64,000 nucleotides of DNA, from NCBI GenBank assembly GCA_002633005.1, contig NMRA01000920.1:35197-99196 (forward strand), read 5' to 3'. The notes below the pieces were generated by a model. That model saw only the letters and a list, made by a program, of their open reading frames with translations, was not told where the DNA came from and did not search any database. The position numbers were made by a program, and so were the translations under genes. The DNA comes from Phoronis australis (lineage: Eukaryota; Animalia; Phoronida). Below, piece by piece: positions 63,543 through 64,000 of this stretch; the first letter of the stretch is position 1, and each line of letters opens with the position of its first letter.

Positions 63543-63825
63543 AATGACAGACGGCCAAGAACTCTTTTGAACCGAAGTGATCAGCAAACGATATAGACAG
63601 AGGCTGTAACTTAGCGTGACAAGAGACGGGGAATGGAACTGCCAAGAGACACTAAATTTAAATATCTGATTAATGTTGCACTGATCTGAATACTGTGTTA
63701 GTCAAGATTTGATAACGATAAAATAAATCAATTGTTGAAATCGTTTCCATTGTTGTTCTTGTAACCCGTACAAAATTTATGTAAGTAACTCCTGTCGTTC
63801 AGTCTGTCACGAGATACAGCGCAGC

Positions 63826-64000
63826 ATGGACGTGAGACTCGCTCACCCGTTCACAATGATTGTCAGTGGTCCAACGTCGAGTGGAAAAACTCAATGGACC
63901 ATGCGACTTTTACAAAACGCCACGACGATGATTCATCCTCCCCCGGACACTGTGACGTATTGTTTCGGCGAATATCAAGACGTATTTGCTAATTTGACCC
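63826..64000 (+). CDS. Polinton DNA-packaging ATPase (A32-like, FtsK-HerA superfamily), 5' part
   Basis: MDVRLAHPFTMIVSGPTSSGKTQWTMRLLQNATTMIHPPPDTVTYCFGEYQ: HPF + Walker A + PPP..I.YC.GEYQ; runs off the window end. Confidence 0.9.
   Translation, partial: MDVRLAHPFTMIVSGPTSSGKTQWTMRLLQNATTMIHPPPDTVTYCFGEYQDVFANLT

Larger units (their letters stand above)
57159..64000. mobile_element. Polinton/Maverick (adintovirus-like) endogenous element, left part; continues beyond the window
   Basis: 5'-AGTAGT terminus, protein-primed family-B polymerase, PC4-like gene and A32-like packaging ATPase in a compact block. Confidence 0.93.

Overview
AT-rich, repeat-dense eukaryotic (animal, probably marine invertebrate) scaffold segment with a 156-N gap (44796-44951) and two single-N contig joins (54806, 59468). 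Two main things are present. (1) A long, intron-rich minus-strand gene (at least 49.6 kb down to 10.9 kb, probably to about 2.8 kb) that I rebuilt by hand from GT-AG exons. It encodes a mosaic extracellular protein: kringle - sushi/CCP - F-type lectin (FTP) - FTP - unnamed ~158-aa domain - FTP - (candidate unknown module) - sushi - (candidate unknown module). Its introns are filled with LINE, Penelope, Tc1/mariner, IS481-like and MITE relics. (2) The left end of a Polinton/Maverick (adintovirus-like) endogenous DNA virus from 57159 to the window end: AGTAGT terminus, a protein-primed PolB with zinc fingers, an OTU-like region and a Vsr-like insertion, a PC4-type ssDNA-binding protein, and the start of an A32-like packaging ATPase. 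Between them lie a TTAA-flanked Kolobok derivative (THAP plus P2X7-ballast-like KolX), an orphan second Polinton terminus with 14 AGGTCA half-sites, and a piggyBac relic whose catalytic core is replaced by a retroviral-type protease fragment. No rRNA, tRNA or CRISPR array was found. All family assignments come from motif recognition by eye; no database search was run.
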